A stretch of 63,737 nucleotides of DNA, filler included, from Globobulimina sp. (lineage: Eukaryota), in NCBI GenBank assembly GCA_003354225.1. It is 16 parts of 16 records of this genome, joined end to end, with 100 filler letters (N's around TTAATTAATTAA, not from the genome) between each part and the next. Parts side by side here need not be neighbours in the genome. Positions count along the whole stretch, not along the records: positions 19,972 to 23,863 come from PIVH01001923.1; positions 23,964 to 27,854 come from PIVH01001924.1; positions 27,955 to 31,845 come from PIVH01001925.1; positions 31,946 to 35,833 come from PIVH01001926.1; 12 more parts are not named here. The stretch is one strand, 5' to 3'. Below the pieces are notes generated by a model. It worked only from the letters and a program-made list of their open reading frames with translations, was not told the origin of the DNA and did not search any database. The translations under genes were made by a program, and so were the position numbers. Below are positions 20,193 through 32,024 of the stretch, piece after piece. Each line of letters starts with the position of its first letter. Positions within the stretch are counted from its first letter, which is position 1.

Positions 20193-21293
20193 ATGGCACA
20201 ACATCAGCAAACAATGGCGGATTTTTACGATTCAATACGGCAAACATTCCACGATGACAAAGATGTAACCATCGGCGATGTCGTAGAACTAAATGGCAAA
20301 TACAATTACGTGCAAGGAATAATCAGATTTATCGGAGAAATCCCAAGTTTGCGCCATAAAATTGACGCTTACTTTGGCAATGTATACTACGGCATCGAAT
20401 TATTTTGCTTAGAATCAGGCGAAAACAACGGATGCATTGACAACATCCGCTATTTTGATATCAAAGACAATTTAAAACGCGGCTTATTTGTGAAACGAAA
20501 CAGAATATTACGAATAGTACATTTCAATTTTGATAATCCCCGCGTCACTATCAACGATGTCTTATTTCTCTGCAAATATCACTGTAACGGCGTGATTCGT
20601 TACATTGGTCGCCCTCATTTCGAGTTTGATGATCACCGCATTCGATACGGCATTGAATTGAAGGAAGAGCGCGGCACAAACAATGGCATTGTGAACGATC
20701 GCTGTTATTTTAGTTATTGCCGCTCAGATTATGGCATCTTTTTAACCCGCATTGATTTACAACATTTAATCCAGAAATCGAGGGATTCCTTATTGGTCCA
20801 CGGCTTTTTAGCGTGTCACTCCTTCATCGCCAAGGATATCATTTGTTTAATTAAGTCTTTTTATCACATTATAACACTCAAATCGATCATAGCGAAACCT
20901 GACAAGAACGTGAATAAGAAATATAATTTTTTGGATATTTCTGGCAATGTGATTGGACCCATCGTGGAGTGCTGCGGCTGCGTGGACGGCAATGAGATTT
21001 ATGAGAAAACTGTGATAAACGGATGCTATTCGTTCGAGAAAGCAATGTTATACAATCAAATTAAAAGCATAGGTGGAAAAAATAAAAATGAGATTATTTA
21101 TAGGAAATCTATTTATTCGCATTTGACTACGTCGACGTATTGGAGTACTTATTTCCCACAAACTAATTTGACTACGATCGAGAAACGGAATCCGATGGAG
21201 GTATTGAGTGAGATCGCAAATGTGTATGCTTTATCTGTAGAACAATTACAACAAACTTTCAAAGAAAATGGAATTCAATTATATGTGTTTTAA
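20193..21293 (+). CDS. Tandem CAP-Gly domain protein
   Basis: Two repeats of GxIR(F/Y)IG...YGIEL...G(E/T)NNG...YF. Confidence 0.85.
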   Translation: MAQHQQTMADFYDSIRQTFHDDKDVTIGDVVELNGKYNYVQGIIRFIGEIPSLRHKIDAYFGNVYYGIELFCLESGENNGCIDNIRYFDIKDNLKRGLFVKRNRILRIVHFNFDNPRVTINDVLFLCKYHCNGVIRYIGRPHFEFDDHRIRYGIELKEERGTNNGIVNDRCYFSYCRSDYGIFLTRIDLQHLIQKSRDSLLVHGFLACHSFIAKDIICLIKSFYHIITLKSIIAKPDKNVNKKYNFLDISGNVIGPIVECCGCVDGNEIYEKTVINGCYSFEKAMLYNQIKSIGGKNKNEIIYRKSIYSHLTTSTYWSTYFPQTNLTTIEKRNPMEVLSEIANVYALSVEQLQQTFKENGIQLYVF

Positions 21294-21615
21294 TTTCTTT
21301 TTATATCTTTTAATTTGCAGCTTGCATCCTATTCAAATTTGTTATTTATCCTTGCACGAGATTCAAAGTTTTTAGTTTACAAAAATTTAATTGGTTTATT
21401 CTGGCTCCAAAAGTGTAAAAGTAGAATCTATGTAACATTTATGGGAAAGATGGAAAACACATTGTTTGTGTTGTTGTGAATTATTGGCATCTACCCATCA
21501 AATATGATAAGTTGGTATAAGCACGCAATGGCTATCTTAAAATTATCCATTCGAATGCTTAAAATTAATAAAAATTATCTGATTTTAAAAAAATCTTAAA
21601 TTCAGTAAACAAAAC

Positions 21616-22340
21616 ATGTCGTCATCCCCTGTGACCATCAATGATAAAGTTAAAACTCAATGTGTTACGCATCTACATTTAAAATGCAACTGTACCAATG
21701 AATCATTCAGGTCAAATTAGAAACACATAATAATAGTAAACCAAGAAGTGGCACTGTCAGATTTGTTGGAGAGTTGAAAGGTGAAACTGGCATATATTAT
21801 GGCGTTGAATTGGATGGATCCACTTATACTTCCAACAATGCACCATTTACATTTGTTAAAAAATCTGAGTTACGTGTTGCTGCCCAATCGAATATGATAC
21901 GAGCGACTGTTGGAGACATTGTAAATGTACCAAAGTGTGCGTGTCATGGCATTGTGCGATATATAGGATATCGAGAGGCAGAGCGCAGGCCAGACACAGT
22001 GTGGTATGGGGTTCAATGGGAAGAGCCCAAAGGCAAAAATAATGGCATTGTCAATGGCATCAAATACTTTTTATGCGATGATAAATATGCGATATTCGTC
22101 AAAGAAACACAAATTGAGTGTATACAAAGAAAAAAAACTAAAAAGAAAAAAAAAGGAAAACGTCAGAAACATAGCAAAGAGAAAGTGAATGTGTTTGGGC
22201 AAGATATGGCTGAGAGAGACACTGTGTTTTTGGATGAAAAAAGAACAAAAAAGCATGCCAAATATTTGAAGCAGTTAAAAAAATTCCAGAATACGGAATT
22301 ACAACATTCTGTTTCTTCACATACTCCTAAAAATGATTAG
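21616..22340 (+). CDS. Tandem CAP-Gly domain protein; intron 21649-21710
   Basis: MSSSPVTINDK/VKLETH...GTVRFVGELKGETGIYYGVEL and WYGVQWEEPKGKNNGIVNGIKYFLC. The 62-nt GT-AG intron keeps frame. Confidence 0.85.
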
Positions 22341-22701
22341 TATTGAAAGTATTGTTGATATTCATAATAATTAGAATGAAATGCATATGCCATGTGAGAT
22401 AAATTAATTCTGTGTTACCTCCATTATCTTATATTACATTCATTTCATGCATTTCTATATGTTAAATAGTGTATTTTTTGTGATGATAAGTGCGAGTGTT
22501 TTTGTTAGGACAATGCAAGTGAAATATGTCAATTGTGCTGTAATGTTGTATTGATTTGCATTGTTTGTTGTTTTGTGACTTCAATTTAATTGATTGATAA
22601 CTAGTTAAATAAATTATTTTTAACCAGAACCAATTTGCTAATTTTTTTGAAGCTGTTGTTAGAGAAAAAGATAGAGATTTTTAGTTGGATTAATTGGTTA
22701 A

Positions 22702-23436
22702 ATGGCAGAATCTGTTTACAATTTTTATTATCGCACAAAAAGTGACTTATCTAAAGTGTATTGCATATGGTATCGACAACATGGTCCTTCAGTGATTGTA
22801 GCAGAAATGATTGATGTTGTGGTAAGATTTGCATATTTCCCATATATTAAATTTTCAAAATATTGCACGGAAGAAAATGTTATTTTTGCTGGGGCCTATC
22901 AATACGATGTAAACAAGTTAACATTTAAAGACGACTATAAAATTATAAAACATAATGGATGGTACTCATTTCCTATATATTTGTTCAGTGACACTGGATA
23001 TAAAGCATATGGACATTATGAATGGAATATAAAATGTTGCGGTGCGGAAAGTGCATTAATTGTTGGCATATGCACCAATATTAATTTAGGAATAACATTC
23101 GAACATGTTTGCTTCAAGACATTCAATCTAAATTTGGGAAATTATTATGTACTCTCAAATATGTATCAAGTCGCAATTTCCGTGGAAGGAAAAGCAAGGA
23201 AAGTTTTCAAAAACGAGAAAGAAATGCATCTCATGGAAAAGGGGCATATAATTAAAATGATATTGGAGTTGAATAAAAATAAGGCAAGTTATATTCGATG
23301 GGAAATTGACGGAGCTGAGATTTGTAAACAACAAAAAATAAATGTTTTTGTGAATGATACGATGACTTTTTATCCATTTTTAGAACTTTGTAGTGGTAAA
23401 TTTGATGCTGGTTTGGAAATTCAAATTTTGCAGTGA
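22702..23436 (+). CDS. SPRY/B30.2-like domain protein
   Basis: GHYEWNIK...LIVGICTN...KGHIIKMILELN...FYPFLEL pattern. Confidence 0.55.
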   Translation: MAESVYNFYYRTKSDLSKVYCIWYRQHGPSVIVAEMIDVVVRFAYFPYIKFSKYCTEENVIFAGAYQYDVNKLTFKDDYKIIKHNGWYSFPIYLFSDTGYKAYGHYEWNIKCCGAESALIVGICTNINLGITFEHVCFKTFNLNLGNYYVLSNMYQVAISVEGKARKVFKNEKEMHLMEKGHIIKMILELNKNKASYIRWEIDGAEICKQQKINVFVNDTMTFYPFLELCSGKFDAGLEIQILQ

Positions 23437-23505
23437 TTAATAATCAAAAAACCTAGCCACTGCCACACTTACTTTCCCAACAGAATCCACACATTTTTTT
23501 AACCA

Positions 23506-23863
23506 ATGAGTTTAATCAAAAAATTATTAGGCCAAAAAAAGAAAAAGCCAACAAAACAAAGCCAAACACAGCAAGTCAACAATGCAATCCATAAATTACG
23601 CGAACATGTGGCCATGTTAAATAAACGAAAAGTGCATTCAGAAAAACAAATTGCAAATTACAATAAGACCGCACAACAATGCGTAAAAAGCAAGAATCGC
23701 AAAGGTGCAATGGCCCAAATAAAATTGCGAAAACAGGTCGAAAAAAGAGTAGCAACATTAGAGAATCAAATATTTAATTTGGAGGTGCAAATAATGGCAT
23801 TGGATGAGACATTGATGAACCGCAATATGTTGGATGCCATGAAGACTGCCCGCAATGCGATGC
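23506..23863 (+). CDS. SNF7: ESCRT-III Snf7/Vps32/CHMP4 family protein, 3'-partial
   Basis: AIHKLREHVAMLNKRKVHSEKQI...KNRKGAMAQIKLRKQVEK...NLEVQIMALDE...MLDAMK. Confidence 0.88.
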
Positions 23864-23963
23864 NNNNNNNNNNNNNNNNNNNNNNNNNNNNNNNNNNNNN
23901 NNNNNNNTTAATTAATTAANNNNNNNNNNNNNNNNNNNNNNNNNNNNNNNNNNNNNNNNNNNN

Positions 23964-24723
23964 CATAATCATCATCAGATAGTGTATGATTTGTGTTATT
24001 GCCTTCATACATAACGGGTGCCATGGCCGTGTTTGTTGTGGTTTGCTCTAAGTTTATGTCATCTGTTTGCATAACATCTGGCTCACTCGATATTGAATTG
24101 GAATGTATTTGCATTTGGTTACGTTTCTGAAAATCAATGGAATGGAATGAGAAATATGTGGTTGTTAAGATTGGAATGGAAACCAAAGAATATAAATATA
24201 TGCAATAATGCAATTTGATGAGTTTATATTCTAATAATACACCAACAATACAATGCACTGCACCCCACGACATTGCGTTGTATGATCTAATTTGCCCATA
24301 ACGTTTCTTATCATTTGAGATGATTAATAAACATAATGCGTCTAAAATTGGTGTGGCAAATTCTGACGGAACACTGTTAAATATCATTATAAGCAATGAC
24401 CAGTAAAATATAACAGTGTTATCACGAATGTCGAACCAATAATAAGGTAACAAATATAAGAGAGCTACAACTGCAGTAATCAAATATGCCAGGATCAAAA
24501 ATAAACTTCTTTTGTTTTCATTTTTTAAATCCACAAATGCTGAGATTATTGGCACAATAAAACATATTGCAAAATAAGCTGAACCTAACACAATTCCAAT
24601 CTGCGAATCGGATAAACCTGACTCCAGAAAGATTAATGGCAGAAATCTGGTAATAAATGCACTACGGGCTCCACTCAGAAAATATGTGCTTCTGATCCAC
24701 CACATTTGACATTTAGTTGCCAT
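23964..24723 (-). CDS. MFS transporter (MFSD6/MFS_1_like), 3'-partial
   Basis: FLPLIFLESGLSDSQIG, PILDALCL, YGQIRSYNAMSWG motifs; six TM segments. Confidence 0.82.
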
Positions 24724-24826
24724 GATGTTTGTTAGAAAATTAATATTCACAGCAAAAAGGTGGGGGTGTTATCTGAATCAGTGTATTCAACAAGTTTCTG
24801 ATCATTTGTCAGTATGAATAAAAAAT

Positions 24827-27800
24827 TCAAAGTTTGGAATTCCATTCAATATCATCAGTTAAATCAAAATACCATTTTAAACAATGATCTTTTCGTATTA
24901 AATTATTACAATTTGCAATAATATCCGTATAAACCCTTAATATTTTCCTCATCAATTCTTTATTTTGTGCACTTAAATTAAATAATTTTTTACATAAAAA
25001 CAGTCCATAATTCAAATCATTTAATTTAATCATATTATCCATACAATTACAAATCATAATTAATTTACAAATATTTACAATCATTTCGTCAAATTCCGCA
25101 TCAAACTCATACCTTACACTTATAATTAAATCATCCAATATATAATACACCAATTTACTCATTATATTAATACACATTTTATTAAATAAAGCAGCCATTG
25201 ACTCTCCTCCTAACTGTTGCAAGTTATTATTACTCTCACTTTTAAATATAACATTCCCTAATTTTGAATAAGCGCCACTCCCATTCATCTCACTTTTTTT
25301 TATATCAAATCCAAACGTAATATTAAATGATTGGGATAATGTGTTATAATCCACAGTTTTGAAGAAATTTAATACAATTAATTTCTCAAAATAATACACA
25401 AAATAATTATCATACAACGCATATGGATATAACTCATTTGGTACATTAAAATATGCCGAACGCAATGATAAATATTTGACACTCTGTGCATACAAATAAT
25501 GTACTCGTGAAATAATATCCTTTTCTGTGATTAACTCATTGTTTGCATATAAATGAATAAATGGAATAATATGTGAATATAGAATGGTTGGAGAGCTTTC
25601 TAAAGCTTCCATACACAATGAAAATAAATGAATAATCATTTTATCCCTTGCTTTATATGCAAACGGTATAGAAATTACACATTTTTTATCTGTCACTGGT
25701 TCAAATTTGATGACATTTACCTGTGATACAAAGGGTATTAATATTTCCTGTGGGAATTTTAGAATCGCAGTGGAAATTATGTTGATTAATTGCGATCGAA
25801 TGGGAGTCACAAACGCAAAATGTTCGATTTGCACTGTAACAGTGCATACAGTCACCATTTGTTTTGGATATATATCGGCATAATTCACTGCAAATTGATG
25901 TAGGATTTGTAATAAACAAAACCAAATAATTCCATTGTTCTGCTTGTTGTTATTTGATTTATTTTTCATCCAAATGTACTTATTCACGAAGGAAGAGATA
26001 TCTTTTATCATTTTATATTGCTGAGTATTGACATCTTCTTTTGTGAAATTGGTGCCATTTTCATGTGTCATCTGCATTAATTTTGATATTGTATATGAGC
26101 AATAATTTAAATATGAAATGAATAGTTTGTTATTATTATTGTTCAAGATATCAATTAAACTTTGTAACAATGCATCAAACATAAAATCCATAAAATAAAA
26201 CGAATGCGTTGTTATGTAATTTGTTTCTAGAAAATATTGATTAAAATTGCATAACATTCCCATTGCTGACATTATACATTTCCTCCATAGCTTAGAATTA
26301 TGCATATCTGGGTTCACTGTGTTGGGTATAATATGACAAATATCTCTCTGTATTTGTGTGTTTAATGTCTTTTCAGTTTGGATAAATTCTTCATTGTCTT
26401 GCACCGTAATATCTTTTTTAACGGATAACATCCCACAAAAAGCACAAATATATCCAATACAAAATATTTCATTTCCGTTAAATTGTAATGTTGGTTGATG
26501 TTTATATTTAAATTCAGAGATTTGCGCACAAAGTGTTTGTATAAACACATAACCTTTAAATTGTTGATTAAATTTGTTATCCATTTTAACAATTTTATCA
26601 ACATTGTCTGCGATGTTCCGAAATAACATGCAATACGAAACAAAAAATTCTTCATCAAATTGTTGCGTGTTCTCGATGTTATGAATCAGTATATTTTTTA
26701 ATAAAATATCAATAAACTCCTCAGCAGGAAAAGTATATGGTGTCACATATAAAATACATTGGTTTAAGTAATAAATAACTAAATATTTTGGAACATTTAA
26801 AGTATGATTAAAGATAGAGACTGTACCAAAATATCCGTTATTTAAGCAACATTCAAATATATATCCAATATCATTAATTATTTGCAAATCATTGCTTGAT
26901 TGCATTTGTTTTATTCTTTCTTTGTGTCCATTCAACGTGGAATAATCAATCAAATTATAATCCATTAATTTGCAAATCAAGGCATGACAGCATATTAAAA
27001 ATATCAATGCAGATAAATTATTATTTAATATCGCATATTTATCAGACAATAAAAATATAAATATTTGCTTACAATCTTTCAAATTCAACGTATTTCCTTT
27101 GTTATTTGTATTATGTTCATAGGTATAATGAAATCGAATATATCTTAAAATAATAAACAATGCAGCTTTTACTATGAAATATATCAAATATTTATCATGT
27201 GTTTCAGTAGAAACACTATGCAAAAACACTGATAACTGCGATATTATAAACATTAATTTGGTTTGGTTTAAATGTTGTTGCTGCATTAAAGTGGCTTCAT
27301 CATTGAATGAAGAATAATGATATAACAACAGCAGAAAATTATGAATATCTTGTTTTTTATTTGATAATTTATTTATTGTTTGCTTTGAAATGATATTAAG
27401 ACATTGCAGTGGATATATCATTAATTGTTTTATTTGAAATTCAAAATCAATGATATTATTTAAAGGCGTTAGAAACTGAGAGTTAAACAGTTCATTTTTG
27501 GGCGATTTTGTAAATCTAATTTGATGGTTTAATAATAAGGAAATAAATGGTTCGAAATTGCCTGAAATATCTAATAAATACGTACTGAGCGAGTTTTTAT
27601 CAACTTGTTGAATGATAGTATGATATTTTTGCGATTGGTATGGATTTTGAATCTGTGAATGGAAATAACGGGAATATATTAGAAATAATATAAGATTGCT
27701 GATATCGGTGTAGATGGAGATGTTTTTGTACATATTCGGGTTTGTATTTAATAAAACATCTAAATCATCCAATTCAAGGCTATCTGTATTGGCTGGATTA

Positions 27801-27853
27801 TATGCCGTATGTTTGGTTAATAGTTGTTGTAAATTCTGTGCTGTGGATGATTG
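24827..27853 (-). CDS. Large helical protein with C-terminal PTS1 (SKL); candidate peroxin PEX8; 5'-partial
   Basis: Frame open to the contig edge (about 1,008 codons). Ends RKDHCLKWYFDLTDDIEWNSKL-stop. Leu/Ile-rich helical composition, no catalytic motif seen. Confidence 0.55.
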   Translation of the reverse strand, partial: QSSTAQNLQQLLTKHTAYNPANTDSLELDDLDVLLNTNPNMYKNISIYTDISNLILFLIYSRYFHSQIQNPYQSQKYHTIIQQVDKNSLSTYLLDISGNFEPFISLLLNHQIRFTKSPKNELFNSQFLTPLNNIIDFEFQIKQLMIYPLQCLNIISKQTINKLSNKKQDIHNFLLLLYHYSSFNDEATLMQQQHLNQTKLMFIISQLSVFLHSVSTETHDKYLIYFIVKAALFIILRYIRFHYTYEHNTNNKGNTLNLKDCKQIFIFLLSDKYAILNNNLSALIFLICCHALICKLMDYNLIDYSTLNGHKERIKQMQSSNDLQIINDIGYIFECCLNNGYFGTVSIFNHTLNVPKYLVIYYLNQCILYVTPYTFPAEEFIDILLKNILIHNIENTQQFDEEFFVSYCMLFRNIADNVDKIVKMDNKFNQQFKGYVFIQTLCAQISEFKYKHQPTLQFNGNEIFCIGYICAFCGMLSVKKDITVQDNEEFIQTEKTLNTQIQRDICHIIPNTVNPDMHNSKLWRKCIMSAMGMLCNFNQYFLETNYITTHSFYFMDFMFDALLQSLIDILNNNNNKLFISYLNYCSYTISKLMQMTHENGTNFTKEDVNTQQYKMIKDISSFVNKYIWMKNKSNNNKQNNGIIWFCLLQILHQFAVNYADIYPKQMVTVCTVTVQIEHFAFVTPIRSQLINIISTAILKFPQEILIPFVSQVNVIKFEPVTDKKCVISIPFAYKARDKMIIHLFSLCMEALESSPTILYSHIIPFIHLYANNELITEKDIISRVHYLYAQSVKYLSLRSAYFNVPNELYPYALYDNYFVYYFEKLIVLNFFKTVDYNTLSQSFNITFGFDIKKSEMNGSGAYSKLGNVIFKSESNNNLQQLGGESMAALFNKMCINIMSKLVYYILDDLIISVRYEFDAEFDEMIVNICKLIMICNCMDNMIKLNDLNYGLFLCKKLFNLSAQNKELMRKILRVYTDIIANCNNLIRKDHCLKWYFDLTDDIEWNSKL

Positions 27854-27954
27854 GNNNNNNNNNNNNNNNNNNNNNNNNNNNNNNNNNNNNNNNNNNNNTT
27901 AATTAATTAANNNNNNNNNNNNNNNNNNNNNNNNNNNNNNNNNNNNNNNNNNNN

Positions 27955-30245
27955 TGAGTTCACCAGTATTTTATGAGCCAGTCGCAGGGAAGGATGACGA
28001 TGAAGATGATATATCAGAACAAGACGAAAAAAAGGAACATAAAGAAGCCATATCAGACGAAGATATTCGCGAGGAAATCTTACGCATGTTCGACTCAGCA
28101 AATACTTTAACCATTCAAGAATTAAACGACGTCGACACAGCTAAAATGGTTCAAACACAAAAAGAATATGAGACCTTTGGTAAATTTGTTTGTGGCCATA
28201 AATGTTTCGCGTGGGCCAAAAAAAACAAGTTAATGATAGGCAATGTCTTATTTTTAGTGACTGGCTTATTGATCGCAGAGTTTGTGCTAAAAGACAGGAA
28301 TAAGCAAACATATGAAGGAGTATATTTTTATACAATTTATACGTTCGGACTAATTTTATGTATATCCATAACCAAAATTATACTATATTTGATAATGAAA
28401 TTATTACGGTCCTTAATTAAAAATTCCTGGCGCGTATTTTATATGAAAGACCTTGAAAATCGTTTATTTCTCTCTCTTCTCTGTATTTTATGGTTTTTTG
28501 CTTTTAAGATTTTCGCGAAAATCTACCGCTATGATTATAACGAGAAAATCTATAAAATTGTTAAATGTTTATGGATATCTTCGTGTATGTTTTTGTTCAC
28601 ACATTTATTGATTAGAGCTATTGCATTAAGTTCGTATTTTGATATTTTCCGACAAAGAGTACGTAAATTAAAAGCATATATTTTCTTTATAGAGATTATG
28701 TTAGATTTACCAACCCATAATACTTTATTCTGTATCCCTTTGATGAATTTTTTAATTGATTTCCCAACGAATCAAACCGCCAAAGCTGCAAAACAGACTG
28801 CATCGCATATCGCGTTTACATTTTCCTCGCAAGATATTAATATGACTGCGGATGAAATATTAGAAATCATGGCAATGGCTGACAACAAATTGAATTTTGA
28901 AAGTAATTTCATTTTGGCAAACATTGATGAAGCTGTTCAGCTAAAAGTAGTGTCGGAGTTATTGCAATCTGATATATATAGTATTGATTTGAATGATGGC
29001 AAAGGAACCTCGCAAAAGATTAGTAAAGAAAATTTAAATCGACTGTCCATGTTATTGTCGTGTCTGATAATGTTGAGATTGAATGAAACGAAACGAACTA
29101 AGATTTTAACCAAAGCCAAGCACAATAAATCTCAGTCAGCGAGCCATAGTAAATCGGCATCCATTGGGATTAGAATGAAAAAATTAATAAAATATAAATA
29201 TTTTAGTGCTGGAAAGTTAAGCATGTCAGAAGTGGAAAATAATGATAGTATCAACGAAGAATGTTTTATTCAATCCTTCAAAGAGTATAATTCGCCAAAT
29301 AAGAGATTGTTGATTGATTTAGGAAAGTTAGCGTGGAAAAAATTTAGTGATAAAGATAATGACACCTTACATACACAAATATTAAATATTAATATTTGTC
29401 AAATTATTCATGATTTATTGAGTGTGAAACAGAGCATCGATTCTTATGTAGTTATTATAAGAAATTTGCAGAGAATGATCGATATTTTAACTCCAATTTT
29501 ATTGTTGTTTGTCTATTTATATATTTTTAATTTAGATTTCCAACAAACATTGACATTGTATGTGAGCAGTGTGGGTATTATTGGTTTTTTTGGCGCGTCG
29601 TATTTTGGATCCATATTTGCATCGATTTCGTTTATTATTGCATTGAACCCGTTTTTAGTGGGCGATAAAATATATTTAAATAATGATTTTTATAAAGTCC
29701 GGGAAATATCATTGATTTCGTGTATGTTTGAAAATTTAAGGACTGGCTGGTATCATACGTTCCAAAATAAGTTATTAGCTTCGTCCAAACAGCCAATTAT
29801 TAACTTGACGCGAAGTAAAGTGATGAGGTATAGATGGATTTTATTTTTTAAATCTCAAGTTAATAATGAATTTTTATATCAATTTACTTTGAAATGTAAA
29901 AAAGAAATCGAAGCGGAGCGAGAAAAGGAATTAAAAATATTAGAAAACCATAGGAGACATTTGATTAATGACAAAAATAAAAACCGCAGTTCGTTTTGCA
30001 CATTTGCGGAATTAAAAACTATTAATTTTGAAAGTATTATGTTTAAATCGGTTAAATTGGATGAATATGGCAGGAAATGTGTTTGGCTTGAAATGAAATA
30101 TCAAATTTATTCATGGAATGTAATAACGTTATGCTTTAATTGTATAACAGCTGTTGCCAATAACGAGCGGTACAAAGAATATATATGCAACAATGTTCCC
30201 TTACAAATGGATCATGCTAAGGAAGGATTTGTGAATGATACTTAA
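27955..30245 (+). CDS. MscS-like mechanosensitive ion channel (eukaryotic MSL type)
   Basis: N-terminal TM segments; SISFIIALNPFLVGDKIYL...VREISL...N...IINLTRS. Frame open from contig start. Confidence 0.8.
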
Positions 30246-30506
30246 CATTTACTTTCTGCAAACAAGTTGTATTAATATTGTAATTATATAATATTATATT
30301 TAGTTATTACTAGTTGTATACTTTTGCGTTTGTATACTATCCATGTATAATTCAACGAGATATTGAGATATACATAACCCTCCACTGTATACTGAATATT
30401 TATCTTACGTTTCCGAGAGAAGCATTGTCGCCAAACTTTCGAAAGGGTTGACGTTTTCTAAATTAACGTTAACAGAATTTGTAGCGTATAGCTGGTAACA
30501 ATAACA

Positions 30507-31845
30507 ATGTACATGTTCTCTCTTTGTTTTTTATATGTTTTGATTTGTAATGTTTATGGTAGAGAGATTATTTGTGATAATGAATTAGAATGCACTGGCG
30601 ATATTGGAAGTGTTGCTGCTGATTGGATCTTCGGACGTGGTTATCAGAGTGTATTCCAGTCACCATCGCCCTTATCAAATTATCGAATTTGTTATGGTGC
30701 ACAATCATGCAAACAAACACCACAGATTGATTCAAATGAACTTTATTGTGGTGGAGTAGCGTCGTGCTCAAATGTTGGCTCCCTTAAAACAAGCAATGAT
30801 ATCAGTGCGGAGGCATCAAATGCAATAATGAATACAAATATAGCATCGTGTGCTACCTTTACTCATTGTTATGGTGACAAATCGTGTGCACACTCAACAA
30901 TTGCATCATCTGCTTCGTGCACGTTGTTCGCTCATGGATCATTGTCATTGTTTGAAACAACCATAAATGTCACTGCCGGCACCTTTGATGCATTATTCTA
31001 TGGATATTACGCTGGTTATCATTCCACTATTTATTGTAAAAATGGATCTATTTGCTCAATAAGTTGTGCTCATAACGGATGTGGTGGGTTGTCGTTAATA
31101 TGTGATAACACTGCACAATGTCATGTAGCGAGTGATGGGGTTTCTGCGCTATTACCAGACAGAAATATGACATTGGTATGTTATTATAAACCATTTATGG
31201 ACTTTTTGTTTTCAAAATAACTTTATGTTATTATGAGAAACGTTCGCAAAGAAAGTTGTTTCGAAAACAAAAAAGTTATTTCAAAAATACATGTACGTAC
31301 AATAAGTTATTTTTTTGCATGCATTTTAAAAAAAATAAAAAAACAGAATTCAAACCAAATTTTACATTGGAATTCAACAGAAATAACAACAGAAAATAAT
31401 AAAGAATGTTCAGCCCAGAGCACTGATAAAACATTTGATAATCACCAGCAAAGAACTGAAGCAGATCTTACTTATACAACAGATGTTGGACCAATTTGTT
31501 GCAGAGCATCTTCGTCATGCACCTCTTCGTCAATATCTTACAATAGCAACACAGCTGCATCTGTTGTATGTAATGGAGATGCTTCGTGTGCGTTTTCAGA
31601 CTTAACCTCAAACAGTAATCATTTAATGGTTGCATGTTCTGGTTCTTGGGCCTGTCATAACGGCTCTATCGCCGGAAATGGAGGAACTGCATATTGCCTT
31701 GGATTGAAATCATGTTATTTCACAACAATAACGCAAATATCAAATGTTTATTGTACTGGTTACTGGTCATGTCACAATGCCACCATTTCAAGTTCTGGAG
31801 CAAATATGACTGTGTTTCTAACTGGACATCGATCTGGAGATCACC
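30507..31845 (+). CDS. Secreted Cys-rich repeat protein (CxGxxSC repeats), 3'-partial; intron 31176-31346
   Basis: Signal peptide, many CxGxxSC units. A 171-nt GTATGT...CAG intron joins ORFs 30507 and 31233 in frame. Confidence 0.8.
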
Positions 31846-32024
31846 NNNNNNNNNNNNNNNNNNNNNNNNNNNNNNNNNNNNNNNNNNNNTTAATTAATTA
31901 ANNNNNNNNNNNNNNNNNNNNNNNNNNNNNNNNNNNNNNNNNNNNTATATATATAAAAAAATAAAATAAGAAAAAAAATAAAAAAAAGAAAAAATTAAAA
32001 ACATATTCTTGTATTATAAGAGTG

